DNA of 64,000 nucleotides from an uncultured Methanosarcinales archaeon (GTDB taxonomy: Archaea > Nanobdellota > Nanobdellia > Woesearchaeales > ARS49), in contig CAYUPS010000002.1 in assembly GCA_964445485.1 (NCBI GenBank), forward strand, positions 102,055-166,054, written 5' to 3'. Under the pieces are notes generated by a model. The model was given only the letters and a program-made list of their open reading frames with translations, was not told the DNA's origin and did not search any database. Within the stretch, counting starts at the first letter, position 1. Each line of letters starts with the position of its first letter. The position numbers and the translations under genes were made by a program. Positions 48,072-57,441 of this stretch are shown piece by piece.

Positions 48072-49184
48072 ATGGATTTTCTCGCGCTCTGCCCCCGCGG
48101 CATAGAGGACTTCGCGGCGCAGGAAGCGTCCGAGGCGGGACTCACCGCGTCTCCCGACGTCTCCGGCGCCATATCGGGCAAGGCGGGCGATCTCCGCTCG
48201 CTGCTGTCATTCGCGTACCGCACCCGTCTGTGCAATAAGGTCGTATTGCTCCTCTCTCGCGCGGCATTCACCGAGAATCCTGTCGATGAATGCCCTCCGG
48301 ACGCAGCGATGGCCATCCCGTGGCTCGGCGAGACGTTCTCGATATCAGTCGAGCGCAGAGGCGAGCACGCATTCTCGTCGCAGGATATCGCCACGACGCT
48401 CGGCGCCATGCTCAGCGAACAGACCGGCAAGACATTCCGCTTCAAAGGCGCCAAGACCCAGCTCTTCGCGCTCGTGCACGAGACAGCATTCCTCTTCGGT
48501 GTCGACCTGTGCGGGTTCGATCTGGGCAGGAGGGACTTCCGTGTCTTCCTCCGCGCAGAATCCCTCCGAGGCACCGTCGCCGCAGGACTCCTGCGCATCG
48601 CGCAGTGGACGCCGAAGCACACGCTGCTCGACCCGTTCTGCCGCGACGGCGTCATCCCCATCGAAGCCGCGCTCATCGCCATGAACCGCTCGCCGCATTT
48701 CTACGCCAAGGAATCGTTCGCGTGGCGGTCCGTGCCGGGCATGCCGCAGCCGGATGAGGTGCTTGTCGATAAGGAACGCACCCCGGACTGCCGCATCATA
48801 TCGTCGGACGAGAACTTCTCCAACCTGAGCGCGTCCAAGCGCAACGCGACAGTCGCAGGTGTCGTGAAATCGATAGAGTTCTCCCGGCTCGATCTGGAGT
48901 GGCTCGACACGAAGCTCGAGAAAGGGACGATCGACAGAATCATCTCATACCCCTTGGAGGCCGCTCGCTCGCTCACGCCTCAGAATGTCGGAAAGATTTA
49001 CGATCTCTTCTTCGAGCGGGCGTCGTTCGTTCTCAAGAAATCAGGCACGCTCACCCTCATCGTGCGCCGCAGCGCGCAGCAGCTCAAGGACGCGGCCCAA
49101 AAGCACGGATTCTCCGTCACGCATGAGCGCACAGTCCATTCCGGCGCGGACGCGATGCCTGTGCTGGTCTTCTCGCGCAAGTAA
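48072..49184 (+). CDS. THUMP-domain RNA methyltransferase (Trm14/RlmL-like, COG0116)
   Basis: N-terminal THUMP-like region. SAM MTase with LDPFCRDGVIPIEAAL motif. Confidence 0.55.
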   Translation: MDFLALCPRGIEDFAAQEASEAGLTASPDVSGAISGKAGDLRSLLSFAYRTRLCNKVVLLLSRAAFTENPVDECPPDAAMAIPWLGETFSISVERRGEHAFSSQDIATTLGAMLSEQTGKTFRFKGAKTQLFALVHETAFLFGVDLCGFDLGRRDFRVFLRAESLRGTVAAGLLRIAQWTPKHTLLDPFCRDGVIPIEAALIAMNRSPHFYAKESFAWRSVPGMPQPDEVLVDKERTPDCRIISSDENFSNLSASKRNATVAGVVKSIEFSRLDLEWLDTKLEKGTIDRIISYPLEAARSLTPQNVGKIYDLFFERASFVLKKSGTLTLIVRRSAQQLKDAAQKHGFSVTHERTVHSGADAMPVLVFSRK

Positions 49185-49216
49185 GTTTTTGAGCTGAGAC
49201 TCCCTCCGCGCTCGCC

Positions 49217-49735
49217 ATGAGCCTCAAGGACATCCTGTTCCGATCGCAGAGGAGGCACGGTCCCTACATCGTCTATTCCGACTTCATGGGGGACACTCTC
49301 ACCAGGACGCTCCTCACCGTGTTCGAGAGCGGCGGCCTCACTGAGTGTCTGCGCGGCCCCATCGTTGACTTCGGCTGCGGCAGCGGGTATTTACTCCACC
49401 GCATCCGTGCTAAGGACGCGCAAGCCATCGGCATCGACCTGCTCCCGACCCGTGCGTATGAAGATATCCAATACCTCAAACGCGACATGCGGGACACGGG
49501 CCTGCCAGGCAATTACGCATCGCTGGTGATCAGCAACAACATCGCGGATTATTTTGACACCCCGGCGGAATTTGATGCGATTTTCCGCGAAGCGGACAGG
49601 ATCCTCCAGCCCGGCGGCGTGTTCGCGCCGATGGAGTTCGAGAGCCACAAGCTCATGCGCCCGTTCTATGATGCGGGCTATCTGCGTGCAGGGCTCATGT
49701 TCTGCCGCAAACCGCACCCACAGCAACCTTTATAA
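49217..49735 (+). CDS. small class I SAM-dependent methyltransferase
   Basis: Motif I VDFGCGSGYL. The stop codon lies inside the TATA box of the downstream RNase P RNA gene. Confidence 0.55.
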   Translation: MSLKDILFRSQRRHGPYIVYSDFMGDTLTRTLLTVFESGGLTECLRGPIVDFGCGSGYLLHRIRAKDAQAIGIDLLPTRAYEDIQYLKRDMRDTGLPGNYASLVISNNIADYFDTPAEFDAIFREADRILQPGGVFAPMEFESHKLMRPFYDAGYLRAGLMFCRKPHPQQPL

Positions 49736-49737
49736 AC
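49728..49737 (+). promoter_or_regulatory. TATA box (CTTTATAAAC) of the RNase P RNA gene, overlapping the stop codon of the upstream CDS
   Basis: About 26 nt upstream of the predicted P1 5' strand. Confidence 0.5.
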
Positions 49738-49757
49738 GACGCGCCAGTAGGCTGCGA

Positions 49758-50131
49758 CGGGTTGGGAGGGCACGTAGCCGACGGTGCCGAAAGGCGCTGA
49801 GGAAAGTCTGCCCACCCGAATGCGGCTCACACCGCAGGAAGCAGCCACTCGCTGTGAAGGCGAGCGTCAGTGATGGCGGGCTCCATCACAGAAACGAGAC
49901 CGCTCCCAGGGAGGATGAAGGCGCTGAAGGGATTGGCGACAATCCCGAGACCGACGGCCGGACGTTCCTGGAAGAATGGATGAAACGGATAGCCCTGGCT
50001 GGTGCAAGGCCTTGCGAGGCCGCTCAGTCGAATGCTACGACAGCCCGTCCCTGGCCGTCAATCCGGCCACTGCCGAAACAAGATCGGCATCAGGGGGCTG
50101 ACACAAGGCAGCTTACGCCCGCCCAACCCAC
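49758..50131 (+). ncRNA. rnpB: RNase P RNA (archaeal type A-like)
   Basis: Conserved P4/CR-I block GAGGAAAGTCTGCCCAC, CR-V block ACACAAGGCAGCTTAC, and a terminal P1 helix GGGTTGGGAGGGC/GCCCGCCCAACCC. ORFs in this interval have a non-coding character. Confidence 0.75.
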
Positions 50132-50158
50132 CTTACATTCAGACGAGGTACACAACAA

Positions 50159-50335
50159 ATGGCCCGCAATGACCGCGTGCAGATGCCGACGTCCACCGCC
50201 GGCCTGACCCGCTATTTCGAGGACTACCGCAGCGCGTTCGAGTTCAAACCAGGCCACGTCGTGGTCATGGGCATCATCGTCGCGCTTGTCACCCTCATGC
50301 TCCACCAGTTCGGCCATTCCTGGTTCGGCTTCTGA
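50159..50335 (+). CDS. preprotein translocase subunit Sec61-beta (archaeal SecG/Sbh1 homologue), 58 aa
   Basis: Not in the ORF track. MARNDRVQMPTSTAGLTRYFED followed by a single C-terminal TM; matches the Sec61-beta family pattern. Confidence 0.7.
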   Translation: MARNDRVQMPTSTAGLTRYFEDYRSAFEFKPGHVVVMGIIVALVTLMLHQFGHSWFGF

Positions 50336-50339
50336 GACG

Positions 50340-50681
50340 ATGATCCCCGGCATCAATCCGCGCGAACTGCAGAAGATGATGAAGAAGATGGGCGTCGCCG
50401 AAGAGGCGCTGCCCGCTGAAGAGGTCATCATCCGCCTGCCTGACAAGGACTTGGTCTTCGCTTCTCCTTCCGTCACGCGCGTGAAGATGATGGGGCAGGA
50501 ATCCTACCAGATCCAGGGCGAGCCGGAAGAGCGCGCGCGCAACGCCGTGCCAGAGATATCCGATGACGACGTGAAAACCGTCGTCGAACAGACCGGCGCG
50601 TCCGCTGAAGCCGCGCGCAAGGCGATCATGGACGCCGACGGCGACCTCGCCGCCGCGATCCTCGCGCTCAATGGCGAATGA
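50340..50681 (+). CDS. nac: nascent polypeptide-associated complex protein (aNAC; NAC plus UBA domains)
   Basis: Start trimmed to MIPGINPREL. NAC domain and C-terminal UBA ([22 protein letters not shown]). Confidence 0.8.
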   Translation: MIPGINPRELQKMMKKMGVAEEALPAEEVIIRLPDKDLVFASPSVTRVKMMGQESYQIQGEPEERARNAVPEISDDDVKTVVEQTGASAEAARKAIMDADGDLAAAILALNGE

Positions 50682-50731
50682 CTCGGTATATCTTTATATA
50701 GAGCAGATGCATTACTCAATAGAACCTTCCG

Positions 50732-51193
50732 ATGCTCCTTGAAGCCGTTGATAATGCCAGGGAAGAGCTGAAGCGCTCTGACCACCTTATCTATGTCAGC
50801 CTGAAGTACACGCGCACCGCTGACGTACTCAAAAGCATCATCGAGCGTCTCATCAATGCGTTCAACTTCGGCTGCGAAGCGCTCCTCGAGAAAGCCAAGC
50901 AGGAGAGCAGGGTTTCCAGCGTGCCGCCGATGCCCCTGCCGCGCATCGAGCTCGTGCGCAAGGCGTTCCCCGACAAGAAGATCCAGGATTTCATGGAATT
51001 CTATCTGCTCCTGCGCAAGATCGACAAGGCCAAATTCACGCGCACGCAGGAATACCGGCGCCACGTGAGCATGGTCGCTTCGGTCGACAATGCGCAGATC
51101 GAGATCACGATCGATATCATCAGCGATTATTTCGAGCGGGCGAAGGATTTCATCCGTCTCGTCGAGCAAGTGACGGGGGGCGGCGCGGAATGA
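50732..51193 (+). CDS. hypothetical protein (153 aa, helical, cytoplasmic)
   Basis: TATA TCTTTATATAGAGC at 50690. No confident family assignment. Confidence 0.4.
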   Translation: MLLEAVDNAREELKRSDHLIYVSLKYTRTADVLKSIIERLINAFNFGCEALLEKAKQESRVSSVPPMPLPRIELVRKAFPDKKIQDFMEFYLLLRKIDKAKFTRTQEYRRHVSMVASVDNAQIEITIDIISDYFERAKDFIRLVEQVTGGGAE

Positions 51194-51708
51194 TGAGCCA
51201 GATCCAGACCAAGCTCGCCCAGCAGGGCTGGAGCAAGCGCGAGATCCTCGCGGCGTCACGCATCCTCGCCCGCGGCGAAGCGCACAAGACGCCAACCATA
51301 CGATTCTTCGACAGGTTCGTGTGGTGGTCCGTCCTCCTCGTCGCGCTCTTTGGCAATTTCTTCCTCGCCGCGATCCTCGTGCCGTTCCTGCTCCTCATGG
51401 AGGGTACATCGCTGTATATCGCGCTCGTGCTGTTCGGCGCGTCGTTCGGCGCGCTCGTGCATGTCCTGGTCAAGATGGTCGAAGAGCGGGGCAAGCAGCC
51501 GATCATCGAGTACGTGTTCCTGCCCGCTGTCGCGCTCATCACCATCTATATGGTCGCATATCTCTCGAACCAATTCGCCATCGCGCTCGGAATGGTGCGC
51601 AGCATCCACGAGCCGACGCTTGTTGCGCTCACGTACTCCGTCGCGTTCATGCTGCCGTACCTGGCCGATCGCGTGCTGTCTGCGAAACGCGGCGCTGGCT
51701 TTATATAG
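51190..51708 (+). CDS. hypothetical membrane protein (4-5 TM)
   Basis: ATGA overlap with the upstream gene. Hydrophobic segments. Confidence 0.4.
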   Translation: MMSQIQTKLAQQGWSKREILAASRILARGEAHKTPTIRFFDRFVWWSVLLVALFGNFFLAAILVPFLLLMEGTSLYIALVLFGASFGALVHVLVKMVEERGKQPIIEYVFLPAVALITIYMVAYLSNQFAIALGMVRSIHEPTLVALTYSVAFMLPYLADRVLSAKRGAGFI

Positions 51709-51735
51709 CACGCACTGTTCTGCTCGTTCCTACCT

Positions 51736-51807
51736 GGTGCCTATGGCGTAGTGGTAGCGTACAGGCCTGTGGAGCCTGTGGTCCGGGTTCGATTCCCGGT
51801 AGGCGCC
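51736..51807 (+). tRNA. tRNA-His (anticodon GTG) with an encoded G-1
   Basis: Hand fold: G-1 pairs with C73. Acceptor GTGCCTA/TAGGCGC, anticodon stem CAGGC/GCCTG, loop CTGTGGA, T-arm CCGGG-TTCGATT-CCCGG. TATA GCTTTATATAGC overlaps the upstream stop. Confidence 0.75.
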
Positions 51808-51938
51808 CTCTCTTCTCCCGACGACACGAACCTTTATAAATCGAGGGCAGTTCTCTCGCCCACCGAGCCCGAGTCCCGTCGAGGGGCGATGGAGGGTTTG
51901 AGCGAAACTCTCAAATTCTCGGCTCGCCACACACAACA

Positions 51939-52442
51939 ATGGCAGAGAAACAGGCACCGCCGCAACCGAACATCAAGCACCTTGTCCGCATCGCGAACAC
52001 GGATATGGACGGCAAGAAACAGGTGCTCTACGCCCTGAGCAAGATCAAGGGCATCGGCATCATGTACGCCAACGCAGTCTGCCGCGTCGCCAAAATCGAC
52101 CCGCGCGCGATCATCGGCGCACTCTCTGACGAACAGGTCAAGCACATCGCGACAGTCATCTCGCAGCCGTCACAGCACGGACTGCCTCCCTGGATGTTCA
52201 ACCGCCGCTACGACCGCGAAACAGGCGCCGACGGCCACCTCCTCGGCACCGACCTCTCTCTCGCCGTCGATAACGACATCAAGATCATGAAGAAGATCAA
52301 GTGCTGGAAGGGCGTCCGCCACAGCCTCGGACAACCTGTCCGCGGCCAGAGGACCCGCAGCAACACCCGCCGCAACAAGGGCAAGGTGCAGCTCGGCGTC
52401 ACCTCCAGCAAAGCCGCCCCCAAGGAAGAGGGCAAGAAGTAG
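51939..52442 (+). CDS. rps13: 30S ribosomal protein S13 (uS13)
   Basis: Sequence similarity. First gene of the S13-S4-S11-rpoD operon. TATA CCTTTATAAATCG at 51829. Confidence 0.88.
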   Translation: MAEKQAPPQPNIKHLVRIANTDMDGKKQVLYALSKIKGIGIMYANAVCRVAKIDPRAIIGALSDEQVKHIATVISQPSQHGLPPWMFNRRYDRETGADGHLLGTDLSLAVDNDIKIMKKIKCWKGVRHSLGQPVRGQRTRSNTRRNKGKVQLGVTSSKAAPKEEGKK

Positions 52443-52451
52443 CGAGGCACC

Positions 52452-53057
52452 ATGGGCGATCCACGAAAATTCCGAAGTTACTGGTCGAGACCCGCGCACC
52501 CTTGGCAGCGCGCCCGCATCGACGAAGAGAAAGTCCTCGTCACCGAGTTCGGCCTCAAGAACCGCACCGAGATCTGGAAGATCAAGAGCAAGCTCAAGAA
52601 CTTCAGCGACCAGGCCAAATCCCTCATCGCGCGTTCCGGCCCGCAGATCGACGCCGAGCGCAAGCAGCTCCTCGCCCGCCTCTCGCGCCTCGGCCTCATC
52701 ACAGTCGATTCCAAGCTCGACACCGTCCTCGGCCTGTCGTTCCGCGACATCGCATCGCGCAGGCTGCAGAACCTCGTCGTCAAGCGCGGCATCGCCCGCA
52801 CACTCAAACAGGCACGCCAGATGATCACGCACCGCCACATCACGCTCGGCGGCCGCATGATGACATCGCCCGGCTATCTCGTCAGCCTCGCCGAAGAGGC
52901 CCAGATCGCGTACGCTCCCACATCCAGCTTCAACAAGGAAGACCACCCCGAGAGGACTGTGGTCAAGACCGCGAAGCCCAAGCGCGCTCCGCGCCAGGAA
53001 GACTCCCGCGGCTTCCGCCGAGGCAACTTCCGCCGCCGTGGAGGTGACCGCCGATGA
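52452..53057 (+). CDS. rps4: 30S ribosomal protein S4 (uS4)
   Basis: Sequence and operon order. Confidence 0.88.
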   Translation: MGDPRKFRSYWSRPAHPWQRARIDEEKVLVTEFGLKNRTEIWKIKSKLKNFSDQAKSLIARSGPQIDAERKQLLARLSRLGLITVDSKLDTVLGLSFRDIASRRLQNLVVKRGIARTLKQARQMITHRHITLGGRMMTSPGYLVSLAEEAQIAYAPTSSFNKEDHPERTVVKTAKPKRAPRQEDSRGFRRGNFRRRGGDRR

Positions 53058-53452
53058 GCGAACGAGGAATCCGCTGGGGCGTCTGCCACATCTACGCTTC
53101 CTACAATGACACGATCATCCACGTGACCGACATCACCGGCAACGAGACCATCGCCATCGCATCCGGCGGCCAGATGGTCAAGGCCGACCGCCTCGAAGGC
53201 AGTCCGACAGCCGCGATGCTCGCCGCAAAGAAAGCGGCAGAGATCGCGATGGACAAAGGCATCGAAGGCATCCACGTGCGCGTCCGCGCCCCCGGCGGCC
53301 ACAACGGCCCGAGCAACCCCGGCAGCGGCGCGCAGCCGGCCATCCGCGCAATGTCCCGCATGGGCCTGAAGATCGGCCTCATCGAGGACGTCACTCCCAT
53401 TCCGCACGGCGGCTGCCGCAAGAAGGGCGGCCGCAGAGGCAGGAGAGTATGA
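53054..53452 (+). CDS. rps11: 30S ribosomal protein S11 (uS11)
   Basis: Sequence and operon order. Confidence 0.9.
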   Translation: MSERGIRWGVCHIYASYNDTIIHVTDITGNETIAIASGGQMVKADRLEGSPTAAMLAAKKAAEIAMDKGIEGIHVRVRAPGGHNGPSNPGSGAQPAIRAMSRMGLKIGLIEDVTPIPHGGCRKKGGRRGRRV

Positions 53453-54240
53453 GCAGCTTCGAGTACCTGGGCAAGAACGGCAAGAACGGCCGCATCACTT
53501 TCCTGCTCAAGGACTCCACGCCCGCCTTCGCAAACGCGATCAGGCGCCTGTGCATCGAGAGCGTGCCCAGCATGGCGATCGAGAGCGTCGAATTCAAGGA
53601 CAACAGCTCGGCGCTCTACGACGAGATCATCGCGCACCGCCTCGGCCTCATCCCACTCACCACCGACCTGCAGGGCTATGTCCTCCCGTCCGAGTGCAAG
53701 TGCAACGGCGAAGGCTGCGCCAAGTGCACAATCAAGCTCACGCTCAAATCAAAGGGCCCCGGCGTCGTGTACGCCTCGGCAATGAAGAGCAAGGATCCCG
53801 CCATCAAGCCGGCCCAGCCCGAGATGCCGATCGTCAAACTGCTCAAAGGCCAGGAGCTCGAGTTCGAGGCGACCGCAGTCCTCGGCACAGGCATGGAGCA
53901 TGCCAAATGGAGCCCCTGCCTCGCGTACTATTCCTACAAGGCGAGCGCGATCGTCAACAACGACCACCCGCAGTTCGCCGAGTTCAAGGACAAGTACCCG
54001 CCGCAGGTCTTCAAGGACGGCAAGATCGACAAGAAGAAGATCGAGGAGCTCAACCTCTTCGATGCGTGCGACGGCGTCAATGAGGAGATTGTCAAGATCG
54101 AGTACGACCCCACGACGTTCGTCTTCAGCATCGAGCCCTGGGGACAGCTCTCCCCGCAGGAGATCCTCAAGACAGCGCTCACGCTGTTCAGCGACAGGCT
54201 CGACCAGCTGAACACCAAACTGAGCGGCAAGGAGGACTAA
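53449..54240 (+). CDS. rpoD: DNA-directed RNA polymerase subunit D (Rpo3)
   Basis: Conserved Rpo3 sequence including the 4Cys cluster ([11 protein letters not shown]). Confidence 0.88.
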   Translation: MSSFEYLGKNGKNGRITFLLKDSTPAFANAIRRLCIESVPSMAIESVEFKDNSSALYDEIIAHRLGLIPLTTDLQGYVLPSECKCNGEGCAKCTIKLTLKSKGPGVVYASAMKSKDPAIKPAQPEMPIVKLLKGQELEFEATAVLGTGMEHAKWSPCLAYYSYKASAIVNNDHPQFAEFKDKYPPQVFKDGKIDKKKIEELNLFDACDGVNEEIVKIEYDPTTFVFSIEPWGQLSPQEILKTALTLFSDRLDQLNTKLSGKED

Positions 54241-54250
54241 TAATGACCAC

Positions 54251-54334
54251 GCGAGGGTGCCAGAGCGGCCAAATGGGCACGGTTGAGGGCCGTGTGGCTT
54301 AGTGCCTTCGAGGGTTCGAATCCCTTCCCTCGCA
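54251..54334 (+). tRNA. tRNA-Leu (anticodon GAG), no intron, located inside the rpoD-rpl18e operon
   Basis: Hand fold: acceptor GCGAGGG/CCCTCGC, A73, D-loop GAGCGGCCAAA, anticodon stem CACGG/CCGTG, loop TTGAGGG, long variable arm, T-arm GAGGG-TTCGAAT-CCCTT. Confidence 0.8.
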
Positions 54335-54351
54335 TCGAGAAGTGAACGAAT

Positions 54352-54711
54352 ATGCCAACAAGAACCGGACCGGAAAACGAGAACCTCAAACAGCTCATCC
54401 TTGAGCTGCGCAAGCTCTCGGCGACAAGCAAGGCAGGCCTGTGGTCTCGCCTCGCCGACGACCTCTCGGCCCCCACCCGCTCGCGCAGGGAAGTCAACCT
54501 CTCTCTGCTCGATCGCGAGACCAAGCCGAGCGAAGTCATCGTCGTCCCGGGCAAAGTCCTCGGTGCCGGCCGCATCGGCCACGACCTGACAGTCGCTGCG
54601 TGGTCCTTCTCTTCCAGCGCCCGCAAGAGCATCATGGACGCGAAGGGCAAATGCATCACCATCAACGAGCTCGTCAAGCACGCGCCGAAGAACATCAGAA
54701 TCATCGGGTGA
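54352..54711 (+). CDS. rpl18e: 50S ribosomal protein L18e (eL18)
   Basis: Sequence and operon order. Confidence 0.85.
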   Translation: MPTRTGPENENLKQLILELRKLSATSKAGLWSRLADDLSAPTRSRREVNLSLLDRETKPSEVIVVPGKVLGAGRIGHDLTVAAWSFSSSARKSIMDAKGKCITINELVKHAPKNIRIIG

Positions 54712-54719
54712 CACTCATC

Positions 54720-55148
54720 ATGGCAGAAATACACATCGACGCGAAAGGGGCCATCCTCGGGCGTATCGGCACGTCCGCGGCCAAGCTCGCCCTGCAGGGC
54801 CACACGGTCAAGATCTTCAACTGCGAAGACGCCATCATCAGCGGCAACCCCCGCCATGTGCGCGAGCACTACTGGCGCAAGCGCGTCGACCTCGGCCAGC
54901 CCCAGCGCGGCCCCTACTACTCCCGCATGCCTGACCGGTTCTTCCGCAGGCTCATCCGCGGCATGTTCCCGATGAACGGCACGCGCGGCCGCGAGGCATA
55001 CGCCCGCGTCATGTGCTACCGCGGCATCCCCACGGAGTTCAAGGATGCCAAGCCCAAGCACTTCGAGGAAGCGAGCGCATCCAAGCTCCGCACCATGAAG
55101 TGGGTCCGCGTCGGCGACCTGTGCAAGTCCCTCGGAGGTAAGGCATGA
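54720..55148 (+). CDS. rpl13: 50S ribosomal protein L13 (uL13)
   Basis: Start trimmed to MAEIHIDAKG. Confidence 0.88.
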   Translation: MAEIHIDAKGAILGRIGTSAAKLALQGHTVKIFNCEDAIISGNPRHVREHYWRKRVDLGQPQRGPYYSRMPDRFFRRLIRGMFPMNGTRGREAYARVMCYRGIPTEFKDAKPKHFEEASASKLRTMKWVRVGDLCKSLGGKA

Positions 55149-55540
55149 AAGTCATCAACACATCCGGCACGCGCAAATGCGCGATCGCCCGCGCCACGCT
55201 GCGCCCCGGCAACGGCCTCGTGCGCATCAACAGCACGCTCCTCCGTTTCTACGAGCCTGCGATGAGCCGCGCGCTCATCGAAGAGCCGCTCATCCTCGCC
55301 GGAGACTCCGCCAAGCAGGTCGACATCTCCGTCCGCGTCAGCGGCGGCGGCCCGTCCGGCCAGGCCCAGGCGGCGCGTCTCGCGATCTCCAAGGCGCTCG
55401 CGGGCTTCGACAAGAGGCTCCAGCGGGTGTTCCTCGACTATGACCGTAATATGCTCGTCGCGGATGTGCGCCTCAAGGAGACGCGCAAGCCCAACACGCA
55501 CGGCAAAGCGCGCAGCAAGCGCCAGAAGTCCTACAGGTGA
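55145..55540 (+). CDS. rps9: 30S ribosomal protein S9 (uS9)
   Basis: Sequence and operon order. Confidence 0.9.
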   Translation: MKVINTSGTRKCAIARATLRPGNGLVRINSTLLRFYEPAMSRALIEEPLILAGDSAKQVDISVRVSGGGPSGQAQAARLAISKALAGFDKRLQRVFLDYDRNMLVADVRLKETRKPNTHGKARSKRQKSYR

Positions 55541-55547
55541 GCACAAC

Positions 55548-55748
55548 ATGATCATCCCCATCCGTTGCTGGACATGCGGCAAACCGATCGGCCAGCACTG
55601 GGAAGAGTACAAGGAGCGTACGGGCAAGAAGGGCGAGGACGCCAAGAAAGTCCTTGACGAGCTCGGCTGCGACCGCTACTGCTGCCGCGCCATGCTCCTC
55701 GGCCATGTCGACCTCATCGATACTGTCGGCTCGTTCCGCAAGTTCTGA
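55548..55748 (+). CDS. rpoN: DNA-directed RNA polymerase subunit N (Rpo10)
   Basis: Start trimmed to MIIPIRCWTCGKPIG. Zinc motif CxxC...CC. Confidence 0.85.
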   Translation: MIIPIRCWTCGKPIGQHWEEYKERTGKKGEDAKKVLDELGCDRYCCRAMLLGHVDLIDTVGSFRKF

Positions 55749-55843
55749 TTTTCATTCGCCTTTTTTTCCCTGGGCAAAAATCTTAAATAGTCGAAGCGTC
55801 GGCGCTTCCTGTATCGCCGCCACGGCGGTGACTGGGGGACGCA

Positions 55844-56785
55844 ATGACTGGGAAGACATTCATCTTCGATCTCGACGACACACTGCGCTGGACCAGCTGG
55901 GACTATTCATGGGCCAATGCGGCATTCTACAAGCTCCTCTATGAGGAATTGCGCCATAACGTGCCGTACATCACGCACCTCGCGCACTGGCACCAGGAGA
56001 TCGATCACAAGCTCGCCAAGCTCAAGGGTCTCACCCCCGAGCGTTTCCTCGACTCGCTCGAGGACACGTACAAGGCGTGCTGCGAGAAGTTCGGCGTCAG
56101 GCCGACGAAAGCCGCGGCGCACAGGATGCGCATGTGCGGGAAGCAGATCTTCGATGCGGACAGGTACGCCGCCGAAGGTCTCGTCGACGGCGCTGAGGAG
56201 ATGCTCGATTTCCTCAACGCGAAAGGCGACGCGCTGTATCTTGTCACGCGCGGCGTGCAGAAAGAGCAGACCAAGAAGATCAAGGCCACCGGCCTCGATG
56301 AGGTGTTCCCTGACGACCGCATCTTCATCGTCGATGACGTCCCGCCGCTCAAGCAGCCGTACTTCAGGCGCATACTCGAGGGGAAGGACGCCGCCTCATG
56401 CTACTCTGTGGGCGACGGAATGGATTCTGACGTCAACGAGGCGACAGAGCTCGGCATGTGGGGCTTGCACATCCCCAACCATGCGGGCACGTGGATATAC
56501 GACCAGGAGATCAGCGGCGTCGACAAGCGCGTGCAGATCACGCGCACCTACCTGCCGGCGCTCGAGCGGATCAGTACGTCGCTCGCCTGCAGCTGCCTCT
56601 CTTCCGACGAGCGATCATCTCTGGAGAAGTATGTCGAGGAGTTCAAGAAGCTCGACTCCGCCAAGGAGATAACGCCGGGCCCCGAGGCGTACGCGCGCAG
56701 GGCCAAGGGTGTCGCATGGTTCCCCGAACGGACCAAGACGCTGCAGTCGGTCAAGGATATCGTCGCGCAGTATGACTCGCTCTAG
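55844..56785 (+). CDS. HAD-superfamily hydrolase (313 aa)
   Basis: Motif I FIFDLDDTL. Later motifs LVTRG and GDGMDSD. TATA AAATCTTAAATAG upstream. Confidence 0.55.
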   Translation: MTGKTFIFDLDDTLRWTSWDYSWANAAFYKLLYEELRHNVPYITHLAHWHQEIDHKLAKLKGLTPERFLDSLEDTYKACCEKFGVRPTKAAAHRMRMCGKQIFDADRYAAEGLVDGAEEMLDFLNAKGDALYLVTRGVQKEQTKKIKATGLDEVFPDDRIFIVDDVPPLKQPYFRRILEGKDAASCYSVGDGMDSDVNEATELGMWGLHIPNHAGTWIYDQEISGVDKRVQITRTYLPALERISTSLACSCLSSDERSSLEKYVEEFKKLDSAKEITPGPEAYARRAKGVAWFPERTKTLQSVKDIVAQYDSL

Positions 56786-56822
56786 GCGCACTTTTTTATA
56801 TCTTCTTTCCATCCGTCCCCGC

Positions 56823-57395
56823 ATGCATTTCGTCATCGAGCATCTCGAGCCTGACGTCTTCGAGTGGTGCGTGCTGGAATACAGGCACATCTCTTCGCTC
56901 GTCGGCAAGTCAAATCTCACATTCACGAACGTCCATCACGGCGCGGGCAAGATCGCCTCGCTCGGCGATGTGCACCATGAGCGCGTGGCAGCGCTCGCCC
57001 TCGACCCGAAGCGCACATGCGTGCTCGATCCCGAGGCCAAAGAGGAGCTCTCGCCCTCCGACCGGCTGAGATTCGACACGTTCGTCTTCGGCGGGATACT
57101 CGGCGACGATCCGCCGCGCGCCCGCACCAAGGACGAATTGACGATCACGCTGCCGGGCGCTTCGTCGCGCAACCTCGGGAAGGACCAGATGAGCACGGAC
57201 ACCGCAGTGAACGTGACCAAGAGGATACTCGAGGGCATGCCTCTCGGGAAGATGAGGTTCGTCTCTCCGCTCCATCTGCACATCAAGAAGGGCGAAGAGG
57301 TCATCCTCCCCTACAAGTACCTGCTCGATGAGGACGGCAAGCCCCTCCTCGCGCCGGGTCTTGATGAGAAACTGCGCACGCAAGACGAGTTCTGA
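56823..57395 (+). CDS. hypothetical protein, possibly an alpha/beta-knot (SPOUT-like) RNA-modification enzyme
   Basis: Start trimmed to MHFVIEHLEPDV. TATA CTTTTTTATATC 25 nt upstream (leaderless). A Gly-rich FGGILGDDPP segment resembles SPOUT cofactor loops. Weak call. Confidence 0.3.
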   Translation: MHFVIEHLEPDVFEWCVLEYRHISSLVGKSNLTFTNVHHGAGKIASLGDVHHERVAALALDPKRTCVLDPEAKEELSPSDRLRFDTFVFGGILGDDPPRARTKDELTITLPGASSRNLGKDQMSTDTAVNVTKRILEGMPLGKMRFVSPLHLHIKKGEEVILPYKYLLDEDGKPLLAPGLDEKLRTQDEF

Positions 57396-57441
57396 AACGC
57401 GCACAAGCTTTAAAAACAGGTCGTCGCTCCGTCAGCGTCTC

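Noticed and set aside
49554-50207. 217-aa plus-strand ORF and neighbouring minus-strand ORFs 49391..49726 and 50090..50476
   Set aside because: They cover the RNase P RNA gene. Conserved RNA motifs explain the region. Translations are low-complexity.
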